DNA of 63,402 nucleotides, the filler included, from an uncultured Methanosarcinales archaeon (GTDB lineage: Archaea; Nanobdellota; Nanobdellia; Woesearchaeales; CAZPJY01), in assembly GCA_964587045.1 (NCBI GenBank). It is 3 parts of 3 records of this genome, joined end to end, with 100 filler letters (N's around TTAATTAATTAA, not from the genome) between each part and the next. Parts side by side here need not be neighbours in the genome. Positions count along the whole stretch, not along the records: positions 1 to 24,306 come from CAZPJY010000027.1; 2 more parts are not named here. One strand, given 5' to 3'. Made by a program: the position numbers and the translations under genes. Position 1 is the stretch's first letter, and each line of letters opens with the position of its first letter. A model generated the notes under the pieces. The model made no database searches. It saw only the letters and a program-made list of their open reading frames with translations, and had not been told where the DNA came from. Below are positions 1 through 9,160 of the stretch, in pieces.

Positions 1-36
1 AATGAGCATGACAGCAAGGATCAAGGATTTTTTCAT
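1..36 (-). CDS. 5' end of a secreted/membrane protein (runs off the window)
   Basis: ATG at 36 gives MKKSLILAVMLI, a signal-peptide-like start; open to the window edge. Confidence 0.55.
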   Translation of the reverse strand, partial: MKKSLILAVMLI

Positions 37-64
37 CTGTTCACAAAACTGCGCAGTGGTATAT

Positions 65-823
65 TTATTTTTCTGAAACCCATTCGTAGATGAAAGGCCC
101 GAGCCTGCTCTCACGCTCAAGCATCGTTGTGCCGTGGCCCGCGTTCATGTAGGTCTTCAAGCTGATAAGCGGGTTGGCCTTCTTGAAGTCGTTCGCAGAC
201 TCGTAAGCATATGTGTCCTCGAGACTCACCACGATCAGCATGGGCCGCTTGAAAATAGCAGCTTCAGTCTCGATACCTATCCCCTTGTAAGACTTGCCGG
301 GTGAGAGGAGCACAACACACTTGATCGAAGTGTCGTTCATCGCGTACTTCAGCGCGACATTGGCCCCGATGCTCGCTCCTATGATGCAGGTGTTGTCGAG
401 CCCCCTGCTGTCAAGAAAATCCATGACTTGGGCCATATCAGTCACCATGCCTGCGAAGTCGGCGTCGGTGTACTCCCTGTAGTCGCCGAACGACTCCCCA
501 TGCCCTCTCATGTCGATGGCAAGCAGGTTCAAGGTACCGTTGAGGTCTTCGTCCATGAATGGCTTCCAGGTCCTCCTATCGCCTCCAAGCATGTGCAGCA
601 GCACCAGAGTCCGGTATGAGGGATCAATCTCAAGCAGCGTCCCCTTGAGAACGCCGTCAGGGGTCTGGATGCTGACATCCTCGTACTGCGGCGTGTCTTC
701 GAATTGGCCCCGGACCATGAAAGGGTCCACCAGTGGGAGGGGCTTGTCAGCAGGAACCATCTCGGGCTGAGTGCTGCATCCTGCGATGACTACCAGCAGC
801 AGCAAAAAAGGTATGTATCTCAC
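65..823 (-). CDS. Alpha/beta hydrolase, probable lipoprotein
   Basis: GASIG nucleophile elbow, LHMLGG, DMRGHGES, C-terminal GHG; lipobox-like VIAGC; start moved to GTG at 823. Confidence 0.85.
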   Translation of the reverse strand: MRYIPFLLLLVVIAGCSTQPEMVPADKPLPLVDPFMVRGQFEDTPQYEDVSIQTPDGVLKGTLLEIDPSYRTLVLLHMLGGDRRTWKPFMDEDLNGTLNLLAIDMRGHGESFGDYREYTDADFAGMVTDMAQVMDFLDSRGLDNTCIIGASIGANVALKYAMNDTSIKCVVLLSPGKSYKGIGIETEAAIFKRPMLIVVSLEDTYAYESANDFKKANPLISLKTYMNAGHGTTMLERESRLGPFIYEWVSEK

Positions 824-855
824 ACAGTAGCGCAAGGCAGAGTCATTAATAAATC

Positions 856-1704
856 TTACGCGAGTATGTTGTAGAAGACGTCGAAAATGGGCTGGTCGGT
901 CAGAACGGACCGGAATTCCACGTTGAAGTCGTCGCACATGTGCTTGAGATTCTCGATATGGGTGTTGAGGTCGGTGTTCAGGTTCATCTTGGTACGCCTG
1001 CTGATGAAGGTACGGTACAGCTCGTTGGTCTCCGAGTCCTTGAGGATGACGTCACCCTCGTAATCGATTTCCCTCTCAATCGGGTCGAGGACCTGCACGA
1101 CGATTATCTGGTTGCGTTTGAATCTGGTGAGGGTTTCACGCAGCTCCTCGAGGTCGAAGAGCAGATCGGATACTATGACGATGAGCGACGTCGTCTTGAT
1201 CATCTTCTTGAACTCAGCCAGGCACTTGCGGAACTCCGACTTGCCCCTGACAGGGAAAGCCTCGACCCTGTCGACGATGCTCACCAGCTGGTTCTTGCCC
1301 CTGCGCGCTTTGAACGAGTTCAGCTCCTCTGCGAAGGTCGAGAACTCGAACTTTTCGTTGTTCCTCATAGCCATGTAGGAGAACCCAAGGCCTATCATGG
1401 ACGCGTACTCGAACTTGGTTATCTTCCTGCCGAAGTCCATGCTGTTGCTAGCATCCACCAGCACGTGCACCTCGAGGTTGCGCTCCTCCTCAAAGGTCTT
1501 GATGTAGAAGTGCTCGGTCCGGCCGTAAACCCTCCAGTCGATGAGCCTGAAGTCATCACCGGGCACGTAGCTCCTGAAGTCCTTGAAGACCAGGCCCCTG
1601 CCAAAGGAGTGGGAGCGCCGGCCGCCGGAATAGCTTGAGGTTATCCTCTTCTTGATTATCAGCGAGAAGCGGTCCAGGTGCCGCAAAAAGGTGAGATCTA
1701 TCAT
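856..1704 (-). CDS. DUF58 family (MoxR-associated vWA-like) protein
   Basis: GRGLVFKDFRSYVPGDDFRLIDWRVYGRT signature, DASNSM MIDAS-like motif; start at ATG 1704. Confidence 0.9.
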   Translation of the reverse strand: MIDLTFLRHLDRFSLIIKKRITSSYSGGRRSHSFGRGLVFKDFRSYVPGDDFRLIDWRVYGRTEHFYIKTFEEERNLEVHVLVDASNSMDFGRKITKFEYASMIGLGFSYMAMRNNEKFEFSTFAEELNSFKARRGKNQLVSIVDRVEAFPVRGKSEFRKCLAEFKKMIKTTSLIVIVSDLLFDLEELRETLTRFKRNQIIVVQVLDPIEREIDYEGDVILKDSETNELYRTFISRRTKMNLNTDLNTHIENLKHMCDDFNVEFRSVLTDQPIFDVFYNILA

Positions 1705-2408
1705 TTTACTACCATCCCTTCCTTGGTTCTTACCGGCAGACTTATGTTTGCTGATAGGATTCTGCCTCCGAAGTCGTAGTCGTTGCAATGCGTGTAGTTT
1801 ATCAATGGATTGTAGCATCCTCCCAGGACCAATTGTCCTTCATCCCAGTCATAGTAAGTGTAGTTAATTTTCTTTATTGCTGTTTGGTCTCCAGCCCTGA
1901 GTACGGTTTGCGTGTGGTTTGCGTTTATTGTTACTGTATAATGCTCTTTGAATCTTATGTTGTGTAAGCAAAGTTCTTGGAATGTGTTGTTGTCGTCCAC
2001 GCACAGGCACATGGTTCCATTATTGTAGGTTGTTAACGAAATCCAATCTCGTAGCGGGTTTCCTAAGAATATTATATCTTGCACTTTTTGATCTCCTTTG
2101 TCCGCTTTGCGTTGTTTGTCAGTGATTATGTTAATTTGTGCTTTGATCAGGTGTTGTTTTTGTGTTTCCGAACTTAATTTTGCGCTGCCTGTCTTTTCGC
2201 ATACCTCTATAATTTTAATGGTTCCGAAAAGGATTACGATTGCTGTTATTGTTATGAAGAGTATTGTGAAGCCTTTCCACACTTTCGGTTTTTTACTTTT
2301 CAATTATTATTCCTCCTTACAGCTTCTTGCAGAATTGGAAGAACAACCTGTAGGAGAGTGTCATCCCCCTCTTGTTGTGTGGTGAGTTCAATGAGCCAAT
2401 CATTTTAC
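1700..2408. repeat. 10-bp direct repeat ATCATTTTAC (1700-1709 and 2399-2408) flanking an AT-rich insert
   Basis: Exact 10-mer at both junctions; each copy contains the ATGA stop/start overlap. Confidence 0.7.
1701..2303 (-). CDS. AT-rich membrane-anchored protein, possible LamG/ConA-like domain
   Basis: N-terminal TM helix; GGAGG upstream of TTG; C-terminal QLVLGG...DFGGRILSANI resembles LamG-type strands. Confidence 0.5.
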   Translation of the reverse strand: MKSKKPKVWKGFTILFITITAIVILFGTIKIIEVCEKTGSAKLSSETQKQHLIKAQINIITDKQRKADKGDQKVQDIIFLGNPLRDWISLTTYNNGTMCLCVDDNNTFQELCLHNIRFKEHYTVTINANHTQTVLRAGDQTAIKKINYTYYDWDEGQLVLGGCYNPLINYTHCNDYDFGGRILSANISLPVRTKEGMVVK

Positions 2409-3348
2409 GAGATCGCGTATGATGTCGTCAGGCTTCAGACCGTCCTTCTCCGCCTTGAAGCTCAGGATTAGACGGTGCCTGAGGACAGGGTGCGCCATAG
2501 CCTTGATGTCGTCCATGCTGACATACNNNNNNNNNNGCGTTGGCCTTAGCTGCCAGGACCCATCCAATCGATGCCCGGGGTGATGCGCCGTACTCGATGG
2601 TCTCCTTGTTGCTCCTGGTCTTCGTGACGACATCGACTACCTTCTTTTTGTAGTCGTTTGCGATTGGGACCTGTCGGGTGAGGTTCTGCAGCGCCAGAAT
2701 CGAAGCGCCGCTGAGCAGCTCCCTTACGCCCGACTGTGTGATCTCCTTGGTATAGCGCTCCACAATCTCGCGCTCCTCCTCAGGGGTCGGGTAATCAACC
2801 AGTATCTTGAGCAGGAACCTGTCGACCTGCGCTTCCGGCAGGGGGTAGGTCCCCTCCTGCTCGATGGGGTTCTGCGTGGCAAGCACAAAGAAGGGGCGCT
2901 CAAGCGGGAAGGTCATCGATCCGACAGTGACCTGCTTTTCCTGCATCGCCTCGAGGAGCGCGGCCTGCGTCTTGGGCGTCGCCCTGTTTATCTCGTCTGC
3001 CAGGACTATGTTTGCGAACACCGGCCCTTTCTGGAAGCGGAACTGCTTTTTGCCCTCTATCTCCTCTATGATATAGGTTCCCGTGATGTCGGAGGGCATG
3101 AGGTCGGGAGTGTTCTGGATCCTGGAGAACTTGAGCTTGAGCACCTCTGAGACGGTCTTGCACATGAGGGTCTTTCCCATTCCCGGATAGCTCTCAAGGA
3201 GGGCGTTGCCGTCGCAGAGAATCGACACGAGAATCTGGTCGATGACCTCCTGCTGGCCGACGATTACCTTGGCCACCTCTTTGGAAACCTTTGTGAAAGT
3301 CTCACGCAGCTTGTCTATGTTTCGAACACTTGATATGTCCTCACTCAC
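2400..3348 (-). CDS. moxR: MoxR family AAA+ ATPase (spans a 10-N gap)
   Basis: YPGMGKT Walker A, TPDLMPSDITG, VLADEINRATPKTQAALLEAM, ATQNPIEQEGTYPLPEAQVDRF; C-terminus VLRHRL in the other frame after the gap. Confidence 0.95.
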
Positions 3349-3399
3349 CCTTCCTCACCTCAGTAAAGCACGAAAGGCCTGACCCCTTTAAATATCTTT

Positions 3400-4185
3400 T
3401 CAATCCCTCTCGTTAATCCTTGTGAAGTATTCCTTGACTATAGCCTGCTCTTTCTTCGTGATGCCGTCATCGTACGAGGCGTCAGCGACGGCGAAGCCCT
3501 CATCGCCCTCGACTTCCCTGCGGAAGTCATTCTCCCTCAGCGGAGATTCGTCTATCTTGCTAATGTCCACCCCCACCCCTGACGGGTTGACCTCAATCTG
3601 AATCTCCTGGTCGCCGATCGGAAGGGGTCTTGCGTCCCCGTAGATTATGTCATCAGAAGGGCTTATGTCATCCCCAAAGAAGCTGTCAGAAACGAACTCA
3701 GCCGGGGACAGCGCGCCGATGTAATCGCCTATCTGCAGCATTGAAATGCTCATGGAGTGCATGAATATCAGCACGAACACCAGCAGCTGGATGCTGATGA
3801 CCTTGCTGACCATCCGTTTGGGGTTGATGACAGTGTAGCTGGAAACGCTCTTGGCCTTCCTCATGACCTCTGCAAAGAGCCCCTTGACCATGATGTTGTC
3901 CTCGTTCTTGTTGTCCTCGGCCGTCCTGAGTATCTCCCTCATGGCTGGGTTTTGGTCCTCGAACCTGTTTATCCTGGCCTGGGATGCGGTAAGGTAGAAC
4001 GAGACGAGGGCGTAAGCGAGGGCTATGTAGAGCGGAATCATGAAGCCAAGCGGTGTGAAGGAGAGGAAGAGGTACAGGATGAGGAAGACTATGCACCCGT
4101 TGAGTATCGAGTTTATGAGCGCGATCTTAACCAGCTCGAACTTCAACGCCCCGAAGAGGCCGATTATGTTGCTCTCGTGTTCCAT
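3400..4185 (-). CDS. Conserved membrane protein of archaeal MoxR-vWA operons
   Basis: Three TM segments, NPAMREILRTAEDN motif, acidic C-terminus ending IVKEYF; operon context. Confidence 0.65.
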   Translation of the reverse strand: MEHESNIIGLFGALKFELVKIALINSILNGCIVFLILYLFLSFTPLGFMIPLYIALAYALVSFYLTASQARINRFEDQNPAMREILRTAEDNKNEDNIMVKGLFAEVMRKAKSVSSYTVINPKRMVSKVISIQLLVFVLIFMHSMSISMLQIGDYIGALSPAEFVSDSFFGDDISPSDDIIYGDARPLPIGDQEIQIEVNPSGVGVDISKIDESPLRENDFRREVEGDEGFAVADASYDDGITKKEQAIVKEYFTRINERD

Positions 4186-4190
4186 CAGGA

Positions 4191-4742
4191 TCAGCCCGTC
4201 GCGTTGCACTCGTCCATGAGGTCCTCGTAGTCATTCTCCAGGTCCTCATACTTGATCTTCCACTGCTGGGTCTCGTTCAGCTGCTCCAGGTACCATCCGC
4301 GGTAGCGTGTGAGGTTTTCCTCGGTGTTGACGAGCTGCTTGTTCAGTATGACTATCTCTGCCTTCTTGGCGTCCAGCTCCTCAATAGTGTCGTCGAGATT
4401 GTCCTCGAGGTCCTTTATCTCCCCGGTCAACTCGGTGCGTGTCTTGTCCAGCTCGCCTGTCACGTTCATGTACAGCGAATCGTACTTGTCCAGATCGACC
4501 TTTATCGCGTTTAGTTCGTCCGAAGTCTCGTTGAACTTGCTGGAATAGTAATTGAGATTGTCCTTGGTGGAGGCTAGCTCTTGGGTGATCTGGGTTAGCT
4601 CAGTCGCCTTCTGCTGGTACTGGTCAGTGATTCTCGCGTACGACAGAACGTAGTAAACCCCCACCCCAACAGAGGTCAGGATGATAACAAAGACTAGTAG
4701 TAGCATGAAGAAATTGAGGTTCTTTGCCAGGTACTTGCTCAT
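4191..4742 (-). CDS. Membrane-anchored coiled-coil protein
   Basis: N-terminal TM followed by a heptad-rich helical region. Confidence 0.7.
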   Translation of the reverse strand: MSKYLAKNLNFFMLLLVFVIILTSVGVGVYYVLSYARITDQYQQKATELTQITQELASTKDNLNYYSSKFNETSDELNAIKVDLDKYDSLYMNVTGELDKTRTELTGEIKDLEDNLDDTIEELDAKKAEIVILNKQLVNTEENLTRYRGWYLEQLNETQQWKIKYEDLENDYEDLMDECNATG

Positions 4743-4770
4743 GCTCCCACTAAACGATTTGTCCTATTTA

Positions 4771-7212
4771 TTACTTTCCAAAGGTTCGGATCAGGCGGCG
4801 TATGACAACCTCGATGAAGTAAACTACCATCGCTATGATGACGAAGATCCAGGAGAGCGGCACCTTCGTGACCCTGAGACGTCGCGCTCGCGTCCTCGCG
4901 TACTCCAGCATCCCTTCAGCGTCGTCCGGCCGGAAGACCCGCCCTCCGGATGAGGTGATCATGCCATAGAACTCGGGGTCGTTTCCGAGGGCGCTGAATT
5001 CACGCTCGTAGTTGACAGCGTACTCTGCTCCTTCGAGCTCCTGGAAACCCTTCTTGTCAGGCACGAACTCTGAGAGATAGCTGTTGTCCTCGACCTTGTA
5101 GAAAACCAGGTCCCCTATCGCGGGATATGAGGGGCTCTGCACGAAGACCTCTGTCGGCGCGTAGATGCGGGTGTCAGGGACGTCCACGTAGTAATCCTTC
5201 TTCCTCTGCGGGTTGCCGACAGCCCAGTTGACGACCCTCACTATGAACTGCGAGTTCTCCCGAGAAAGCAGAGCGCCCAGAGAGTTCTCCCCAGAGAAGG
5301 TGGTGAGCGCAGCTACCCGCCCGAGACCGTACCGCCACACAGTCAGCGCAGGCTGGCCGTTGTCGAGGGAGACGAGCAGCTTGGCGTTACGCTTGGGGAT
5401 GACTGAGTTGTAGCCAAACATCGAAGCGTCGATGGAAAGGTCGCTGGTTATGTAATGGTCGGAATTCATCACCACCATGCTGTACTTGCCTTCCTCCTCC
5501 TGCGGGATCTCCTCTTCTAAGCTCTCGCCGAAGAGTATCTTTATCTTGCTCGACTCATTCGCGTGGAAGTAGAGTCCGTTCCCGTTGCGGGCTAAGGCCA
5601 GCATGTTCTCCTCGTCGACGATGCTGCCCACACCTATGGTGTACACCTTCACGCCTATCTTGCCCAGCTCGTAGACGTAGTTGATGGCTGCGTTTTTCTC
5701 GTAGTCGTTGGGAAACTGGCCGTCAGACAGCAGGATTATGTTCTTGCTCCCCCTCTTCTCCCTCATGACCTCGTAAGCTCCGTAGAGGCCCACGTAGAAG
5801 CTGGTTGCGTAGTTTTCTCCCTCCTTCCATGTGAGCGGGTCCAGGTGGGTTATCTTTTCCTTGATCAGCTCCTTCTTGTTGAGCAGGCCTGTTACGTCGG
5901 ATATCACGACATACTTGTTGTAGAATCCCAGCACTCCGACATTGCTGCTCTCCTTGATGTCGTCGATGATTCCAATCGCCAGGGCCTTCTCCCTGTCTAT
6001 GTCAGGGATGAGGCCATAGCCCTGGCGCAGGTAGCCGGTACTAGGCGAAACGTCGATGAGGAGCACTATGTTCACGTCCCCCTCGAAGTCCTCTTCGCCC
6101 TGACCTATGTTCACAGGCAGAAGGGTCTCGAAACGCGAGCTCTCGTATCCTCCGAAATTGAAGGATTTGAAACCCCCAATCACAACCAGGCCGTTACCGT
6201 CGTTTGCGAAAGCCACCAGGTCGTCGACATGCTCCTCGACAGCTTCGATGGGCAGGTCGTTGAGAACGACCGCGTAGTAGGCGGAGAGGTCGTCCGGAAT
6301 GCTAGTGCTGGTCGTGACGTCGTAGAGGCGCTCGAAGAACGTGTCGAGCGAGGTCGACCTCTCAGAAACCAGCAGTATCTCAGGCTTGTTGAGAATCTGG
6401 ATGGTCTTGTAAGCGACGTTGTTTTGCAGGAAGTAGTCCTCTCCTAGAACTGACTCAATCCTTGCGGATATTCTGTGGTAGCCCTCGCCGATCCAGCCGT
6501 AGCGCAGGGTGGTGACCGCGCTGTCGGTGTCCTTGTTGATGACGGTCCTGTCATCCACGGTCACGATCAGCCTGTACTGCGACATCTTTCCTGAGGATGT
6601 CACCCTCACGGTGAAGACGTTTTCTACGTCAGCCACGGACTGGGAGGGTCCGTCGATTGCTATTGCCAGGTCGGAATGGCTCGGTGTGAGGTTGAGCGTG
6701 CTTATGGACGCATTTAGGGTCTGCGAGTAAAGGGCGACGTCGCCGAGGTCGCTTCCTGTATTGGCCCTGCCGTCGCTAACCAGGATGATGTTCCGGTCCA
6801 ACCTGAGGGTCGAGAGCAGGTCGTCTCCCAGCGGCGACCTGGTCGCCCCGCCGGAATACAGTACCTCGACAGGTATCCTATCGGAAAGCCCGGCTATCAG
6901 CTCGTTGACCGGCGTGGTGTTGTACAGCTCAAAAGAGCTCGAGTTGTCGATGATGAAGGTCAGGGAAGGCTCACCTGCCGTGACCTCGTGAATCTCGTAG
7001 TAAGGCCTTGCAGCTGCAATGGCCAGCAGGAGTATCACAACGAAGTGGAAGACTATTATGATGAACCTGAGGGTCATCCTCCTCCTGCGGGCATAACCCC
7101 TGTCATCGAGCTTGACCATGTCCCAGCGGAGCAGCAGCACGATGGCGATCATCAGCGGCACTATCAGCGTAAGCATCCAGGGGCTCTCCAGGGCGAATGT
7201 CTCCAGCATCAC
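4771..7212 (-). CDS. Double vWA-domain membrane protein with glutamine-amidotransferase-like middle domain
   Basis: DNSSS and DVSPS MIDAS motifs, ILLSDG, WRYGLGRVAAL, N- and C-terminal TMs. Confidence 0.85.
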   Translation of the reverse strand: MMLETFALESPWMLTLIVPLMIAIVLLLRWDMVKLDDRGYARRRRMTLRFIIIVFHFVVILLLAIAAARPYYEIHEVTAGEPSLTFIIDNSSSFELYNTTPVNELIAGLSDRIPVEVLYSGGATRSPLGDDLLSTLRLDRNIILVSDGRANTGSDLGDVALYSQTLNASISTLNLTPSHSDLAIAIDGPSQSVADVENVFTVRVTSSGKMSQYRLIVTVDDRTVINKDTDSAVTTLRYGWIGEGYHRISARIESVLGEDYFLQNNVAYKTIQILNKPEILLVSERSTSLDTFFERLYDVTTSTSIPDDLSAYYAVVLNDLPIEAVEEHVDDLVAFANDGNGLVVIGGFKSFNFGGYESSRFETLLPVNIGQGEEDFEGDVNIVLLIDVSPSTGYLRQGYGLIPDIDREKALAIGIIDDIKESSNVGVLGFYNKYVVISDVTGLLNKKELIKEKITHLDPLTWKEGENYATSFYVGLYGAYEVMREKRGSKNIILLSDGQFPNDYEKNAAINYVYELGKIGVKVYTIGVGSIVDEENMLALARNGNGLYFHANESSKIKILFGESLEEEIPQEEEGKYSMVVMNSDHYITSDLSIDASMFGYNSVIPKRNAKLLVSLDNGQPALTVWRYGLGRVAALTTFSGENSLGALLSRENSQFIVRVVNWAVGNPQRKKDYYVDVPDTRIYAPTEVFVQSPSYPAIGDLVFYKVEDNSYLSEFVPDKKGFQELEGAEYAVNYEREFSALGNDPEFYGMITSSGGRVFRPDDAEGMLEYARTRARRLRVTKVPLSWIFVIIAMVVYFIEVVIRRLIRTFGK

Positions 7213-9080
7213 ACGTCACCCCTGAACTTGATGAAGAAAATCTCGACTAGCATTAGCAGAACCAGGGCAGCGAGCGCCTCCATGAGGAAGCCCTTCTGGA
7301 CCAACACCATGCCGTCACCTTGGCCGACCCCTCCTGCCTGGCTCACGTGGGGGGGTGCGAGGACCTTGGACTCGACTTCGCTGAGGAGGTTGACTGCCAC
7401 GGTCTTGTCGTTGAACTGGTAGAAACCCGCATCCTCGAGCACGAGGACCTTGCCCTTCCACTGGCCTCTAGGGGTGGTCACGGTGACGTCGTCAGGGAAC
7501 TGGAGGATCCTCCCTGTCCTCATGTTCAGGCTGCCGAGGTCCTCCTTCCTCATGAAGCTGGTTATCAGCTGGTTCCAGAAGAGGGGGTAGTCAGGGCTCA
7601 GCCTGAAGTCCGAGAGGTCGTCGTATATGCCGTAGTACATAGAGATGCCCTCCCCGTACGTCTTGTAGGCGATGATGGGGACATTGTCGGAAGTGCTCGC
7701 AACCACGGCAGTCCCGTCCTCGGCCTGCACCACCAGGTGCTTTGCTACGTAGCCTATCTCTATGTCCTTGGTAAGCGCGCTGGTCTCATCGGTCCAGACC
7801 GTGGTGCTGTTGCCCCGCGCGACGAACCGCACCGGGTTCATGCCGTAGTACTCAACCGAGAAGATGTCATCCTGGACGACCATTATGAACGTCGCGCCAG
7901 CGAGCACCTTCTCCTGGATGTCCCGCAGCGTCCCGGGGATTATCATCTCAGACCTCACCTGGTTGAGTATGATCACGTCATAGTCAAGCGAGGGTATTAT
8001 GGGCGGGTTTGCGTAGTCCACCTTGACGTTTGGAAGGGATAGGAGCGCGTCTGCGATGTAGCTTTCCTGCCTGTTGGTGATGATCAGGACCCTCACATCC
8101 TTTTTCTCCGGCGTGCTGAGGTAGGCTGTGTCGTCAGCAGGGAAGATGTCCTTGAACTCTCCCCCTCCGTGCGACACGGTAATCTCCGCGTTGCCCGGCG
8201 GCGTCTTGAAGCTCACGGGCACTATCTGTCCGGGCATGGCCTCGATCGTCTGCGCGGTCTGGCCGAAATTGATGGTTATGTCGTGCCTGACTGGGTCATA
8301 GTTCTTGGTGTACACCACAGTATTGTCGTCATCCACCTGCAGGTCTATTATGCCTATGTTGCCCCTGGCCTGGTAGCCCGATTCCTTCCCGGTCTCGGGG
8401 TCGATTATGGTCACAGTGCTTCCCTTGGACTCTATTATCCTGCGGGTGATGTCGAAGTCCTCCCCGACGCCCTGCATGTCTGAGAACACCACGACCCGGC
8501 CAGCCCTGGTGCCGAGGACGTCTTCGGCCATATCGAGCGCATCCTCAAGGCTCGTGGTCATGTCGGTCGGGTGCAGCTCAGAGAGCGCTTTTCGGGCGTC
8601 GGCCCTGCCTGCGTCCTGGACCACGAGCTGCGCGAAGCTTCCGGCTGATATCACGCTGGTCACGTCCCCTACGTAGCTCTTCGCGGTCTCAACTGAGGAT
8701 TCGAACCTGGTCTCGCCGTCGATTCTCACCTTGCTGCTTGCGGAGACGTCGACGACCAGCACAGTCGCTTCGCCGTAAAGGTCCTTTTCATCTAGGATGA
8801 AGGGCACAGCTGCTGCTACTGCGAAAGCCGCCAGCACCAAAAGCTGGATTATGACGAGCCAGTCCTTTATTAGGAACCTGAAGAGGGAGTACTTCTTCAT
8901 CTTCCCCTTCTCCTTTAGGAGGAACATGAGGGAGGGTATGGTCTTGCGGAGGGGCTTGGGCCTGAGAAGGTAGATGAGGATCAGGGCAGCCAACGCGGCA
9001 AGGCTGTACAGGGCCTTCGGGAAGATGAAATGCGAAGCAAACTGGGCGGCGTAGCTCGGGATCGTCTCTAGAATCGGCAT
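7209..9080 (-). CDS. BatA N-terminal/vWA domain protein
   Basis: ILIYLLRPKPLRKTIPSLMFL BatA-type start, VVDVSASS MIDAS, C-terminal TM. Confidence 0.85.
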   Translation of the reverse strand: MPILETIPSYAAQFASHFIFPKALYSLAALAALILIYLLRPKPLRKTIPSLMFLLKEKGKMKKYSLFRFLIKDWLVIIQLLVLAAFAVAAAVPFILDEKDLYGEATVLVVDVSASSKVRIDGETRFESSVETAKSYVGDVTSVISAGSFAQLVVQDAGRADARKALSELHPTDMTTSLEDALDMAEDVLGTRAGRVVVFSDMQGVGEDFDITRRIIESKGSTVTIIDPETGKESGYQARGNIGIIDLQVDDDNTVVYTKNYDPVRHDITINFGQTAQTIEAMPGQIVPVSFKTPPGNAEITVSHGGGEFKDIFPADDTAYLSTPEKKDVRVLIITNRQESYIADALLSLPNVKVDYANPPIIPSLDYDVIILNQVRSEMIIPGTLRDIQEKVLAGATFIMVVQDDIFSVEYYGMNPVRFVARGNSTTVWTDETSALTKDIEIGYVAKHLVVQAEDGTAVVASTSDNVPIIAYKTYGEGISMYYGIYDDLSDFRLSPDYPLFWNQLITSFMRKEDLGSLNMRTGRILQFPDDVTVTTPRGQWKGKVLVLEDAGFYQFNDKTVAVNLLSEVESKVLAPPHVSQAGGVGQGDGMVLVQKGFLMEALAALVLLMLVEIFFIKFRGDV

Positions 9081-9160
9081 GGCCAAGGATAGGTATGCCT
9101 CCTTTAAATACTTTTGTCAAAGATAAGTTTTTTATAATCATCTTTTCAGAGAGAAATATC

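Noticed and set aside
2527..2536. Apparent frameshift in moxR
   Set aside because: Coincides with a 10-N placeholder; about 6 codons are missing, so it is an assembly gap rather than recoding
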